Made by a program: the position numbers and the translations under genes. From the human T2T-CHM13v2.0 reference genome, Homo sapiens, in assembly GCF_009914755.1 (NCBI RefSeq), contig NC_060932.1: a DNA stretch of 64,000 bases. The stretch is one strand, 5' to 3'. Numbering within the stretch: position 1 is the stretch's first letter; the number at the start of each line of letters is the position of its first letter. Below the pieces are notes generated by a model. It did not search any database. It saw only the letters and a list, made by a program, of their open reading frames with translations, and had not been told where the DNA came from. Below, piece after piece: positions 12,341 to 28,593 of this stretch.

Positions 12341-13479
12341 TAAACTTGTTTTAAAGGATTGTTGTATAGCTTTGTACTTAAAACAGGTTGAACTCTTAGA
12401 ACACTATCTAAGGTTGTACTCTTAGAATGATGTCTAAGGTCTACAGTATGGAAACAAATAAACAGCCTTCACAGTAGTGCAAAAAGAGACACAGTTGAGG
12501 TTTTTTTTGTTTGTTTTTTATTTGCTTGAGTTGTTAACTACAGACTGTCCCTTGGCCATGACACAACTTTCCATTTGAAAATGGGCTTTCTGAACAAATG
12601 ACACTTGTCATTTTGGTGAATTCCGTGAGGTTTTGAATACAGTCAGATTGACAGCTAATCTCCGGGGCTACTTAGATAATTTGGTTGGGCATGAGTAGCA
12701 TTAATTTGATTCCATTTAGCTTGACTCTTAACATAACTACAGGCTCTGTAGTATTTTAGGGTGTTCCAAAGCAAAATATTGAGACATAGTTCTCCTTTTT
12801 ACTAAATCCTGGTTTCTGTCTACACATGATGGGGATAAAAAGGGCAGTCAAGTTGAACCCACAGCACAATGCACCTTCACCCTCCAGATATTTGGCATAG
12901 CCAGTAGGGAAGGAGGTGAAACATGGATTGAAACATAGATTGGACCCAGATGCTGGTTGTTTGGTTCCATCTTGGTAAACAGGGGCTCTTCCAGGGGCAG
13001 CTGAATGCAAGGTTGTGTTGAATCGATTCTGAGTTTGGGCTCCAAAATTAGAGAAGCCTACTTGTTTATTGTGTAGATCTCTGAATCTCTCTAAGACTTG
13101 TTCGATGAGGTAAAGACATATTCACTAAATCCTCCTCTTTTGAGAATAGTACCTCTGCTCACAAATGTACTTGTTGTTTCTTACCCTGGATACTATTCTT
13201 TCTTGAGAATTAAACTCCAAGATCCCAATACTCCCCAGCTGCGTACAATTAGGGACCGGTTCTGGATATTTACTCCTTAAATCAACTTTCTATCAACCTC
13301 CTTACGCTACCCTCTTTGCTCCTATTTTCAGAAACTTTTACTAGTTCTTAGCCTTTAGAAAATTCAGGGAAAATCAAGTTGTATCATGGCTGTTGACAGT
13401 TTTATATTAAGATTTAGTTTTCTTGAACTCAGTAAGTCATTTACAACTAATCTGTCTCCCACCTTCTAATATTTTATCA

Positions 13480-13612
13480 TCATTTTCTCTTCTCCTACTT
13501 CTCATCTTTGTGGATTTATGCCTGAAAAAATTCTTTACTGTCATTTTAATGGAATTTTAGAGAGAGCAAAATTAGACAAGTATATTCAGCTTTTCATCCT
13601 TTCCTAGATACC
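13480..13612 (-). mobile_element. Ancient L1/HAL1-type 5' end fragment
   Basis: ttctttactgtcattttaatggaattttagagagagc...gtatattcagc resembles the antisense HAL1/L1M 5' terminus. Confidence 0.35.
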
Positions 13613-14599
13613 CACTATATTTACATATTTTAAATGCACTCTTTTTCAAGTAATACAGTTAAAACATTTAAATCCTGCCTACTTGCTTTCTCTTCAAATA
13701 ACAAACTTCAAATCTGAATTGCTACATAATCACAAAATAAATCCTCTCCTTAAATACTTGTTATACTTTAATATTTATTATGCCAATATAAGTTATTAAT
13801 CATTTTAAACTTTGTATTATCAGGATTATTAGGTGACTTCTCCAAATAATCACTTGTGGGGAGGCACTGTAAAATGTCCTAGCAGGCACGTGTTGGCCCT
13901 TTCAAAGGGATATTCCAGTATCTCTTAGAAAAAAAGGACGTCATGTGTCATATATCATGTGGTGCCAAAGGTGTGCAATGGACTGTTCTATAAGTGCTTC
14001 ACCATAGGAAGTATTAAAAGAGAGGCTGACTAACCATTTATCATGGATTCCAATACATTTATATGAAGTTAGAATAATTGAAGGGTAAAAAAATTCCTTC
14101 CAGTCTTTATGCTTCTACAAGTCTATAAATTTTGGTGAGAATTCCCTTCAAATTTGCATCCTTGAATATTATCTCTGGAACAATATGACGACATTTTGCT
14201 ATATTCGGAGAAACCAACTAGTTTTAGACTCTAGGTTCCATGTGGGCTGGTTCTACAATTATTTCATGAACCACTCTGTTCCTAGTGCCTAATATTTGTG
14301 CTTGCTCATAGAGGATGCTCAATAATTTTTTTTAAAAGAAGAAAAAACTTTAGAATGTTAAAGTCTTCCAGAAAAATATCAGCAGCAACAACAGTAGTGG
14401 TGAGCTGTAGTGTTTCATTATAATTTCGGCTCTGGGTAAAATCATTCTAAGAGAGAAGGACACAAAGTCCATGGTCAACTTTAGAAAGTAGGGACAGTCA
14501 GTGCTTTCCTTCTGGGTCCCCCTTCTCCGATCAAAAATGTATTAAATCACATTGCATGAAATAGCAGTGAAACAACAATATTACCATTGTTCTTAATTC

Positions 14600-14740
14600 T
14601 TAGAGCCTCTTCATCTAGTCCTCTATTTTATAGATAAGGTCATTGAAGTTCAGAGAATTTAAGTGACTTTGTCCGATAGACCAGGGCCCAGAACTGAAGC
14701 ACAATATATAATCTGTTCCCACACTGAGATTTTTCCACAA
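14600..14740 (-). mobile_element. MIR relic
   Basis: attttatagataagg...ttcagagaatttaagtgactt core. Confidence 0.55.
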
Positions 14741-15363
14741 TGTCTCTGTCATCTTCTAAAAACAAGTTTGTAGAGGAAAAGAATCTAAGCCTTCTCAAGG
14801 TGATCTGAGGGCTATGTGGGGACACGGGCTTGATGATGATGGTGGTATTGATGGGATTTTGTGCTCTGTTGTGATGTGATTCATTTTTTTTAAGTGCCAG
14901 TGTGCAGTTGGTATCCAACACTGCCTTTTCTCTCCAGCCTAGAACACTGGAATGCCTTTATAAATCATGGTCTTTTTTCCTTGGAGAGGTTAGAGTTGAA
15001 GCTCTAAAGCAAAGAAGCTGGTGACACCATTCTAATTTTGGGGTGGCAAAGAGAAATATTTGTGAGAAAGAAGAAGAAATCTTTTTTAATGTTAGAATAA
15101 ATCAGTTCATGCCAAAAACACACTTTAGATAACTTCTTTTATTATTATTATTACTGTTATACTTTAAGTTTTAGGGTACATGTGCACAATGTTCAGGTTT
15201 GTTACGTATGTATACATGTGCCATGTTGGTGTACTGCACCCATTAACTTGTCATTTAGCATTAGGTATATCACCTAAAGCTATCCCTCCCCGCTCCCCCC
15301 ACCCCACAACAGTCCCCGGAGTGTGATGTTCCCCTTCCTGTGTCCATGTGTTCTTCTCCTCGT

Positions 15364-18330
<2,967 letters not shown>

Positions 18331-19187
18331 TAAGAATAGGAGAAAATGTGAGAGGGCTTGAGAAAGGTGATTTGATCTTTTCAGGATGGTTTTGATAATG
18401 ATACCTGTATAGGAAACTTTCTAATTAATATGGTAGTATACCTGAGACGACTCTCTCACCATATCTCCAGATATTTTTGGTGGTATGTTAATAAAAGAAC
18501 CTTAGACTTTGTAAAATTTGAGAGCCTCTTAACTGAATTTTAACAAAATCTGTTATTTGTTACAAATTGGTTCTTTGAGAGTTTTAAGCAATTATATTTG
18601 GTTTTCCCCTAATTTTCCCAAAGACTTGCAAAACTTGATTGCATGCAAGTTACAACAAAACAAGACTTTGGCTTGCATAGCTAAACTGAGAAATCCTCAT
18701 AATATGTTGTTTCATTGTCCATATTAATCTGGTTATCTTAGAGTAAAATTTTCCTTTATGTATCTACTGTTAATTAGGGGATTTTAATTGCTGTTATCCA
18801 TGACATATAGTCAGTGTTAAATAAAATATTGACTTTTTGTAAAGTATACAGTTTGCTTAATTTGGGCCAATGCTCTTAAAGCTCCTTTTTTTTTTCCTGC
18901 CATATCTTGATGAAGAACATCATTTTGATCCCATTTTCTGAACTTGGAGATTGGACTCTTCTCTCAGCTACATCTGATACTTTCTTAGTCGTCTTCTTAT
19001 TTTTTTCTAAATATAGTTGCCATACTAGTTTCCTCTCTTTTAACTCCTTAGTTTTTATTTTTGTCTAAATCCTCATCCACTCAAGCCTGGGCTGTTTCAT
19101 AGTGTCCTAGCCACAGCCCACATTCAGGCCTTCCTACTCCATCTATCTCCTTGTCTGTCTCATGTCAATGATTGTGTGTGAAGAAAT

Positions 19188-19847
19188 GCTGTAGATGTGG
19201 TGGCTAAGAGCATCACTTGTGTTTAATCACAGCTCTGCCTCAGCTGTATCTCCTTGGCAAAGTATTTAATTTGTTTGTGCCTCTGTTTCTGCAAAATGGG
19301 GGTAGTAATAATCTTAACTATCTCTGAGGTTAGGATAATCAAGAGAAGTTTACACATAGAAAGTATTTGAAATGATGCCCAGAATGAAGGGTTCACTATA
19401 CATTAGCCATTATTATTGGGTTTCAAACCTGCTTTACTGTATAGTTTTTAGTGTTTTTAAGCTTGCATTTATTGGGCACCAACTATGTGATAGGACTCTG
19501 CTATGTATATTTATATTGTTTCATTCATATGTTGATTTTATAAGAGCTCTTAACCTCAAATTGCAGATTAGGTAATGAAGCTTCAATTAAGTTAAGTTAC
19601 AAGCTCAAAATTCCACAGCTAGCAAGGGATGTATTAGAGATTTGACTACAGACCTCCTTGACTCCAGAGCCTATATACTTATCCAATAGGCTGCTCTATC
19701 TCCATATGTGAATTCTGGCCAATGACCTAACCTCCTCATTTATAAAACAGGCATAATATTCCCTTCGCCACAGGATTGCATGGGAGTTAAACAATGTTGT
19801 AAAGTGCTTATTCCAAAGCCTGTGGAAATAGTAGTTGCTTCATAATC

Positions 19848-19885
<38 letters not shown>
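19188..19885. mobile_element. Three adjacent MIRs: plus 19188-19418, minus 19465-19697, plus 19706-19885 ending in (TTA)n
   Basis: MIR core and tail motifs in alternating orientation. Confidence 0.65.
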
Positions 19886-19887
<2 letters not shown>

Positions 19888-19949
19888 TCAGTGCTTTAGA
19901 AATAGAACTACTATATCTTTAATGTTAAATATTATGTTAATTATTCTTT

Positions 19950-20330
19950 TTGAAATTTTTCTTAGTCATATCAATTTATTCTTCCAGCTACCTTTAGACG
20001 TATTTCACCAAATTATTTCCCTCCTTTTAAAATTTGTTCAGAATTGGGTTAAGACCACCAACTAGTTTTAGAAGAGGTGGCATTTTTATATCCATTTTCT
20101 TATCAAGAAACATGGAATGTGTCTCAATTTCTTTTGTTCTTTCATGGCCTCAGTAAAATTTTAGAGAAGTCTCTATTATGGGCTCTGCATGTTTTCTTAA
20201 GATACATATTTCAAGTTTTAGTCGATAGGATAGGTAGTATCTCTTTTTTCCATGTTTTAAAGTTGTCATCTTTATTAATTTCTGTATGTTACTTCAACAG
20301 TTTATCATTTCAACTACCTTGGATTTTGTA
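19950..20330 (-). mobile_element. Ancient L1M ORF2 relic
   Basis: ttattcttccag...atcaagaaacatggaatgtgtctc...ctcagtaaaatttt resembles antisense L1ME ORF2. Confidence 0.5.
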
Positions 20331-20624
20331 GGGAAGCAGTCAGATGATTTGAGGATTTTATTGTACTCGTACAGAATGCTCCTTCTCTCTTTAATAACAT
20401 GTATGGTATATTCATATTTTTCATACATTTATGTCTCACCCACCAGATCACATGCTGTCATCTCTATTTGGCTGATAAAGATGTTCCTATTTGAGTATAA
20501 TATTGAAAGGAAAACTCTGCAAATGTGGGCTTTATTTATAACAAATCCAAGATATTGGATTTCTTTCAGCTGCAGAGGCTTTGAGGAGGTGGTAGGTTTT
20601 GAAGTTTGTCAGAAGAAACAGACA

Positions 20625-20824
20625 AGCCGGACAAGGTGGCTCAAACTTGTAATCCCAGCACTTTGGGATGCTTGAGGTGAGGAGTTTAAGACCAGCCTGG
20701 CCAACATGGTGAAACGCTGTTTCTACTAAAAATACAAAATTTAGCCAGACATGGTGGTGCATGCCTGTAATCCCAGCTACTCGGGTGACTGAGGCAGGAG
20801 AATTGCTTGAACCCAGGAGGCAGA
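20625..20824 (+). mobile_element. AluS, 3'-truncated, with a small internal deletion
   Basis: Alu sequence ends at cccaggaggcaga with no tail. Confidence 0.9.
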
Positions 20825-21377
20825 ACTACCATTTGACCAAACAATCCCATTACTGGGCATATGTCCAAAGGAATATAAATCATTCTACCATAAAAACACA
20901 TGCACAGATACGTTCATTGCAGCAGTATTCACAATAGCAAAGACACGGAATCAACCTAAATGCCCATCAATAGTGGACTACATAAAGAAAATGTGGTATA
21001 TATACATCATGGAATACTACGTTGCCATAAAAAAGAATGAAGTCATGTTCTTTGCAGCAACATGAATGAAGCTGGAGGCCATTATCCTAAGCAAATTAAT
21101 GCAGAAAGAGAAAACCGACTACTGTATGTCCTCACTTATAAATTTGAGCTAAACATTGAGTACACATGGACACAAAGAAGGGAACGATAGATACCAGGGC
21201 CTACTTGAGAGTGGACAGTGGCAGAAGGGTAATGATTGGGAAACTACCTTTTGGGTACAGTGCTTATTACCTGAGTGATGAAAGAATCTACACGCCAAAC
21301 CCCTTTGACATACAATTTACCCATATAACAAACTTGCACATGTACTCAATGAACCTAAAATAAAAGTTGGAAAAAAA
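20821..21377 (+). mobile_element. L1PA15/16-type 3' end with poly(A)
   Basis: cagaactaccatttgac...gaacctaaaataaaagttggaaaaaaa. Confidence 0.85.
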
Positions 21378-21424
21378 CCCAAGAAAAATGTTATTCATAC
21401 ATTTAAAAATGGCAATTACATTTA

Positions 21425-21977
21425 TACTTCTGTAAAGATGGAGTAGATGTACATTTTCTTATTCTTCCCACTAAGTACAACTAAAAACTCTGGCCATTAT
21501 ACATAACATTATTGAAAACATACATAAGGAGACTAAAAGTTGAAGAGAAGAAGGTTGACAAGCTGGAGATCTCAAGACCCAAGGAACAACATCATGAGAG
21601 TCCCTTGGTTTTCTTTTTGCCTTGTATATCCCAGACTGGATACTGGAGAAACCAGTAATCCAGAAACGCTGATAAAACAGGACTCAACAACAAAAGGAAC
21701 AAACTATTGATACAGTAAAAACTTGTATGGTTGTCAAGGGCTTCATGCTAAATGAACAAAAAAAAAAGCCAACCCTAAAAGGTCACATACTGGATGATTC
21801 AATTTATATAATATTTTCTAATAACACACTATTAAAGTGAAAAATAGGCTAGTGGTTACCAGGGACTGAGACTGGTGAGGGAAAGGGGCATGGGTGTGAC
21901 TAAAAGGGATGGCAAGAGAGATTTTTGTGATGATGAAGTTGTTGTGTAATTTGATTGTGGTGGTGGTTACACAAACA
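21425..21977 (+). mobile_element. Old L1 (L1MD/L1MC-like): 5' end joined directly to the 3'UTR
   Basis: 5'-end motif acttctgtaaagatggagtag...; 3'UTR from about 21691 aaaaggaacaaactattgatac...gattgtggtggtggttacac. Confidence 0.6.
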
Positions 21978-22321
21978 CCACTGCTCTACAGCACTTTATC
22001 CTATTAACCACTTGGAATCTTTGACTTGGTCTCACTGTATTATAAATTCATGAACCTTCCTAATTTTCTGTTTGCTTTTCTACCCCTCTTTCTCAGCTTC
22101 CTTTTGGTGTTTCTTATGTCCTATCATTAACTTTCTCCTCTATTCATTGTGATGTATTTCCTGGGTGATCTCATCTATTCTTCAAAGGGGAGGTATGTTA
22201 TGCAGCATTGTCAAAGCTTAATTGACTGTGAAATTCTTCAATATTAATTTTGTCCTTGATCAGATAAAGACAATTTTTGGATGATGGGATACAAGAAATT
22301 TTTCTTGAAAAAAAGTGTCAA

Positions 22322-22755
22322 AGTACAGATGGCTAACGGTTCACTAAAAATGCTTGCCTCCTCTTTCATTGTACAGAGTTGTTACAGGGAGACAGCTTCC
22401 CAGCCAGTTTTTATATTTTTCAGCCTGTCTTCTTGCATGTGAGTTAATATAATCATTTCTCAGCCATAGAATGCATGGCAGAGGCCGTATCACTTCTTAG
22501 GGCCAGGGTTAAGAAGTGGATGTACCTTCTCCATTCTTTCTTTTTCCCATTCATCCAGATGTGGAGGACTCCAAAAGGGCCACCAATGTGAGTAGAAAAG
22601 CCACAAGATGAAAGAACCCTGGGTCTCACAATTACTACTTGGAGAAAATCTGCCCACCAGGCAGGGACACCTGCATTGAATAAGCAGAATAAGAAATTAA
22701 CTCGTAGGTTAACTAAAAAGCTGGGATTTGTTTGCCATGACAGTAAACTAAACAA
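22322..22755 (+). mobile_element. MLT1I/J-type MaLR LTR
   Basis: aagccacaagatgaaagaaccctgggtctc and ggatgtaccttctcc motifs. Confidence 0.65.
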
Positions 22756-22789
22756 AAAATGTGGATTTTTTAAAAGTCATGACACAGAG

Positions 22790-23170
22790 CACACTTAGAG
22801 ATACAAACTTAAAATCATTAATATACAAGTGGTATTTAGGAATTGAATAGAACTCTTCTTCCAGTGCAGAGGACTAGAGATGAAAGTTTATGGGGATGTC
22901 TATCATGTTAGGGCAGGAACTGAAGGCAGTGCAAGGGAGAGGACAGACAAGGAGCTGGAGAAGTATATATGTAGATGCATCATGTGTTGTTCTGGAAGGC
23001 AAAAGAAAGTAAAGTAAATATGAGATAGTTAACTGTCAAATATCGAGATAAATTAAAAATAAATCTAAGGAAAAGATTCTGAAATTCTCTGGGAGATCAT
23101 GGGTGACCAATGATAGTGGTTTTAATTGGGAAGTGTAGGAAGGGGTTTGCAGATGATTGTGGTGTCTGAT
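22790..23170 (-). mobile_element. LINE-2 relic
   Basis: tagagatacaaactt...ggagatcatgggtgacc pattern of antisense L2. Confidence 0.5.
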
Positions 23171-23958
23171 GAAGAAAACGAGCCCATTATTATATTGAAC
23201 ACATACTACGCAGCAAGCATATTTATTTTGTTATCTATCAATATTAAAAAATATATGTCAGTTGAGTTGGCAAATAGAGGGGAAGAATAAGCTGGTCTAG
23301 GCAATCTCCCACTCCACTTACTTCACCTATTGTTCTCCTGCAAGTGAGGAGAGTGGGGAATGAATGCTTTGTGCTAATTCCACTAGTCAGCCCTTTACTC
23401 TCTGGAGTGGTAGATACAGAAGTTCAATCCTATCCTATATTTTTCTTCTCCTAGAGAGCCTGTCAGTAACAATTATTTGTTCTCTCCAATATTAGAAAAA
23501 TATTATTCGCTCATTCTCTCCAAGAACAGTTAATGTAGTTATTGAATCCAATAATCTTCAAACCAAATGGCTTCTTCTATCATCACATTCTACAATACTG
23601 ATCCTCTTCTCCTTTAGTTTTTCATGAGAAGACACTGACCTCATTCTTAACCTTTGTCTCCCCGGTTCCCTTTTTATTTATTTCTTTGTCCTCTCTTCTT
23701 GCCTCTTCACTATGGATATTATCCAAGATCTGATTCTCAGAACTGAAACTCAATTCTACTCTTGGCAGGCTTGACTTTCCAGTATAGATCAACCAATGGG
23801 GAAGGGGAAGAAGCTTGATGGAATCTTGAGGGTTAACCATGAATCAGACATCTGATCCTTGTGAGGGAAAATGGATAGTTCAAATTGGAGTGTCCAGTAT
23901 GCATGATGCATTTTTCCTCAATTCCAATGAGTATTTATACTCAAAAGGTTCATAGGTA

Positions 23959-26545
23959 GGATGTCAGCAAGATGGTAAAATAGGAATTTTTTTAGCCCTC
24001 ACGCCTTCCATAGAAACACTGATTTTAATAACTACCCACAGACAACAGTACTTTTATAGGAGATCAGGAGTCAGAAGAAAGGACCCAGCATCCCATTGGA
24101 GCAAAAAATTCAGAGAATAGATGCATTAAAGAGTGCAAAAATAATTTCACTTACCCATCTTACCTCTCCTTCAAAGTGGCACAGCTCATTGCCAAGAGAG
24201 ACTCCCTCAGCCTGTGATTTTTCCCATGGGGAATGGTGAGGGTGCAGTGAGGACCCAGCTCCTCCATTTGTTCAGGATGCTTCCCAAGAGGTCCATTTCT
24301 TTCTATCCCACCCATAATACTGAGGGGCTTGGCATGGCTAGGGGCAGCTAGGAGCAGTGAAAAGACATGGGTGAATCCCAGCAACCCAAGTGAGAAATTC
24401 AAGGGCAGCGATTTCTACTAATTGCTTCACAGACTCCACCAAAAAGCCTGCCCATAAACATTGTAGGGCACATTACCTGTGGATCCCCCCAGGTAGCCCA
24501 TGCAAACCCCTAGCATTCTGTATGCCCAACCCCATAGCCATCACCCAGCATTCCCCCACGGATGGTGTACATATGCCACTCCAGGTCATGCACAAGCACA
24601 CACAGCCTGTTCAACTCTGCCAGAGTCACCATGAAGTGAAACACAATACCCATTATAGAAGTCTCAGGCAAGAGAAGAGAGAGGAAAAAGGGCAGAATGC
24701 TGATTTAAACATATAATAGCTGAAAACTGTCTAAATCTTGGGAAGGGTATGAACATCCTGGTCTTCTGTGCTTTGGAAGAAAACACTTTGAACACTTCTG
24801 GGCACTCCCCTTGGGAAAATAAACAGAACACTCTCAGCACTTAACCTAGATTTATAAGACCATCATAAGACAAACAAGACTTTCTCTAAAGAGGGAAGAA
24901 AAGGAGTGGAATGAGTGCATCCATAGAAAAGGTCTGAGAGACTCTAAGAATCCCAAACCAGGATGACTGATGAAGATCTTTCTTTTCTGAAGCCAGTCGT
25001 ACAACGAGAGTGTGACTCCTCCTTCATATGTGAAGATAGCAATGCAATACTTGAAGGAGCATGGAAAATCTCGAAAATATGACACTGCAAAAGAGCAAGA
25101 TAATTTCCAGTAGCTGATTCAAAAGAAGTGGAGATCTATGAATTATCTGACAAAGAAGCCAAAATAATTGTTTTGAGGAAACTCAGCAAGCTACAAGAGA
25201 ACATAGATAACTCAATGAGACCAGGAAAACAAGACTAGAAGTCCAACAAAAAATAAAAATTATGAAAAAAAACCTAACAGAAATTTTGGAGCTCAAAATA
25301 CAATGAATGAAGTTTTGAAAATGTAATAGAGAGTTTCAACAGTAACCTCAATGAAACAAAAGGAAGAATATGTGATCTCGAAAACAGGTCATTTAAAATT
25401 ACCCTGTCGGTGCAGAAAAAAAGTAAAAATAATTTAAAAAGTAAAGAAAGCCTACAGGATTTATGGGACACCATCAAATGAACCAATTATGGAAGTCAAC
25501 GAAGAAAAAGAGAGAAAAGAAAAGGAAGCTATTTAAAGAAGTAATGACTGAAAACTCCCCAAATCTTGGAAGGAGTATGGACATTCTGGTTTATGAATCT
25601 TAAAAATTCCCAAAGAGGATAAACCTAAAGAAGATTACACTGAGACCCATTAAAAAGTCAAGGAGAATTTAGATAGCAACAAGGGAAAAGTGACTCATCA
25701 CATACAAAGAAACTTTTATAAGACTATCAGCCACTTTATTAGATGAAACTTTGCAGGCCAGGAGAGAGCGGGATAATATATTCAAAGTGCTGAAAGAAAA
25801 AAAATACAATAAAAATACTATACCCAGAAAAGCTGCCCTTTAGAAATGAAAGAAAGGTCAAGACATTTCCAGACAAACGAAATTTATGTGAGTTTATCAC
25901 CACTATACCTGCCTTACAAGAAATGCCACAGGAAGTTCTTTAAGTTGAAATGAAAGGATACTAAATAGTAACATGAAAACATAAAAGTATAAAACATGTC
26001 AGTAAAGGTAGGTATAAATCAAATTAAGAATATTCTAATACAGCAATGATGGTGTGTATCTTTTAAACCTAGCATAAAAGATAAAAAGTATTAAAAATAA
26101 CTGCAGCCACTATAATTTGTTAATGGGTACACAATATAAAAAGACATGAAGTGTGACATCAACAATATAAAATGTGAAATCTAAAAAAGTTGAACTCATA
26201 GAAGCTGAGTAGAATTCCCAGGGGCTGTGTGGTGGGGAAAATGGGGAGATGTTGGTTAATGGGTACAAAGTTCAGTTATGCAGGATAAATAAGTTCTGGA
26301 GATCTAATGTACAGCATGGTGACTACAATTAATAATACTGTATTGTGTACTTGAAATTTGCTAAGAGAGTAAATCTTAAGTGTTGTCACCACACACAAAA
26401 AAAATGGTAACTTTGTGAAGTGATAGATATGTTAATTAGTTTGAATTTGGTAATCAATGTATAGATATATATAAAACATCATATTGCTCACCTTAAATAT
26501 ATTCCATTTCATTTGTTAATTATACCTAAATCAAGTGAAAAAGAA
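23959..26545 (+). mobile_element. L1MA9-like element: 5'UTR, decayed ORF1 and 3'UTR, with ORF2 absent
   Basis: Starts gatgtcagcaagatgg; ORF1 relic about 25050-25980 (gaaaactccccaaatctt, gcaggccaggagagag); L1MA9-type 3'UTR from about 26172. Confidence 0.8.
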
Positions 26546-27178
26546 GTAAAATACTCAATCTAGTTGATTGGGCTAGAAAATCAGAGTCCAGGCAGTAGAT
26601 TATATTTAATGCCAGGTGGTATACCTACCATTAAAGTTAAAATTTTAATCTGTCACTCATTTACAGATTGCCTTTCATTGCTTAATGAAGGGAGCAGGGA
26701 GCAGAATCAAGCCTCCAGAAAGAGCTACAGTGTGTCTGAGAGGCAGTCTAGTGGTCTGTGATCTATAAGTGTCCTCTCTTCCTTGGGGAGAATGGAGGTC
26801 TGAAATAAAAGCTGGAAGTAAAGCCCTGCCGTATGAACCACACTAACTTGCATGGAGATAGGAAAGGGCTGTTGCTGGGCTGTTAACTAGGTTATTAGGA
26901 CTCACACCAAATATGGCGCAGCAAAACTAGTGTTGACCCAAACAGATAGTAAAAGTAAGATGCCCATTATTGTCTTGCTGTAGTCAGAATTACCTCAGAA
27001 CCTGGGAAGAAATAAACCTGCAAGTGGAAGGCATCAACGAATCTGACTTCGAGTTTTGGTAAAACAGTACTTCAACTTCCCTTGTTTGGGATCCATCATA
27101 GCATTTCTAGTAGCGTGAATTCTGTCTAGTGAATAGTGAAGCTCCAGCCTGTTAAATCTTAACAAGTAAGATACATAG

Positions 27179-27764
27179 TGTGCTATGCAGAACTCTAAGA
27201 ATGACTCCTGAAGATCCTCAGTCTTGTCTAATACCTTTGTCTTTGAGTGTGGGTGCAGCCTGGGAATACGATGAGACATCACTGCTGTGATTGTGTTTTA
27301 TGGAACATGGCCCATAGGTAACATAGGCCCAATCTATGCACTGTAAAAGCAGAGTTTTCTCTGGACAGTAGCAAAAGGTACAATTTGGAGAAAGTAGAAG
27401 CATGAAAAGGATTTGAAATGCCATTGATGGCTTGAAGATGGGGAAGAGGCCATCTGAAGAGGAATGCAGGCCACATCTGAAAGATGAGAGTAGCAGCTGG
27501 CTGACAGTCAGTGAGAAAATGGGGACAACCACAAGGAATTTAATTCTGACAATCTGAACATGCTTGGAAGTAGCTTCTTCCCCAGACCTTCTAGATGAAA
27601 ACCATGGCCAACACCTTGATTTCTGATTTCATCCTGGAAATGAGGCCCTAAGTAGGGAACTCAGCCAAGCATACCTTGATTTCCAAGCTATATCACTGTG
27701 AGCTAATAATTGGCTATTTTAAGCTAAGTGTGTGGTAACTTGTTATGCAGGAAGAGATAATACA
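27179..27764 (+). mobile_element. MLT1E-type MaLR solo LTR
   Basis: tgtgctatgcagaactctaag...gatggcttgaagatgg...ttgttatgcag...taataca. Confidence 0.8.
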
Positions 27765-28197
27765 CCAAATGATCACACATGGCATCTCTTGCATTCCTGT
27801 TTTCCCAGCCCTAACTTGACTTCAAGAAAGTCACATTAAAGTTTTCAATTATTTGACCCTAACCTACATGGGCTTCAAATATCACGTACTGATTTTCTTC
27901 ACATCATTATGATATTCTTATTACTTTTGATAGGGTTCTCTTTAGGTGAGGCTGGATTATAAAAATTAAAGGGATGTCAGGAGCCTAAATTATTGAGGGG
28001 GAGAATATTAGAAACAGAACATTCATCCTACTCTGTAACAAAATTTTGAGAAGAAAAAAAATGTGCTTTCATTGTTCTAATACTCTTTTAAATATCTTTT
28101 TTACCATTTTTCTGCTATTATCTCCCTGCTCCAAACCAGTCATCCAACCTGTATCCCATTCCCCTTAAGAGGTGCTTTCAGACATATTTCCATTTTA

Positions 28198-28593
<396 letters not shown>

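Noticed and set aside
11181-12440. Short direct repeats as a CRISPR-like array
   Set aside because: Primate context, only 2-3 units, no regular unique spacers and no cas genes.
23936-26560. atactcaa on both sides of the ORF1-only L1 as a TSD
   Set aside because: The left copy is not adjacent to the element start, and an 8-mer in AT-rich DNA can occur by chance.
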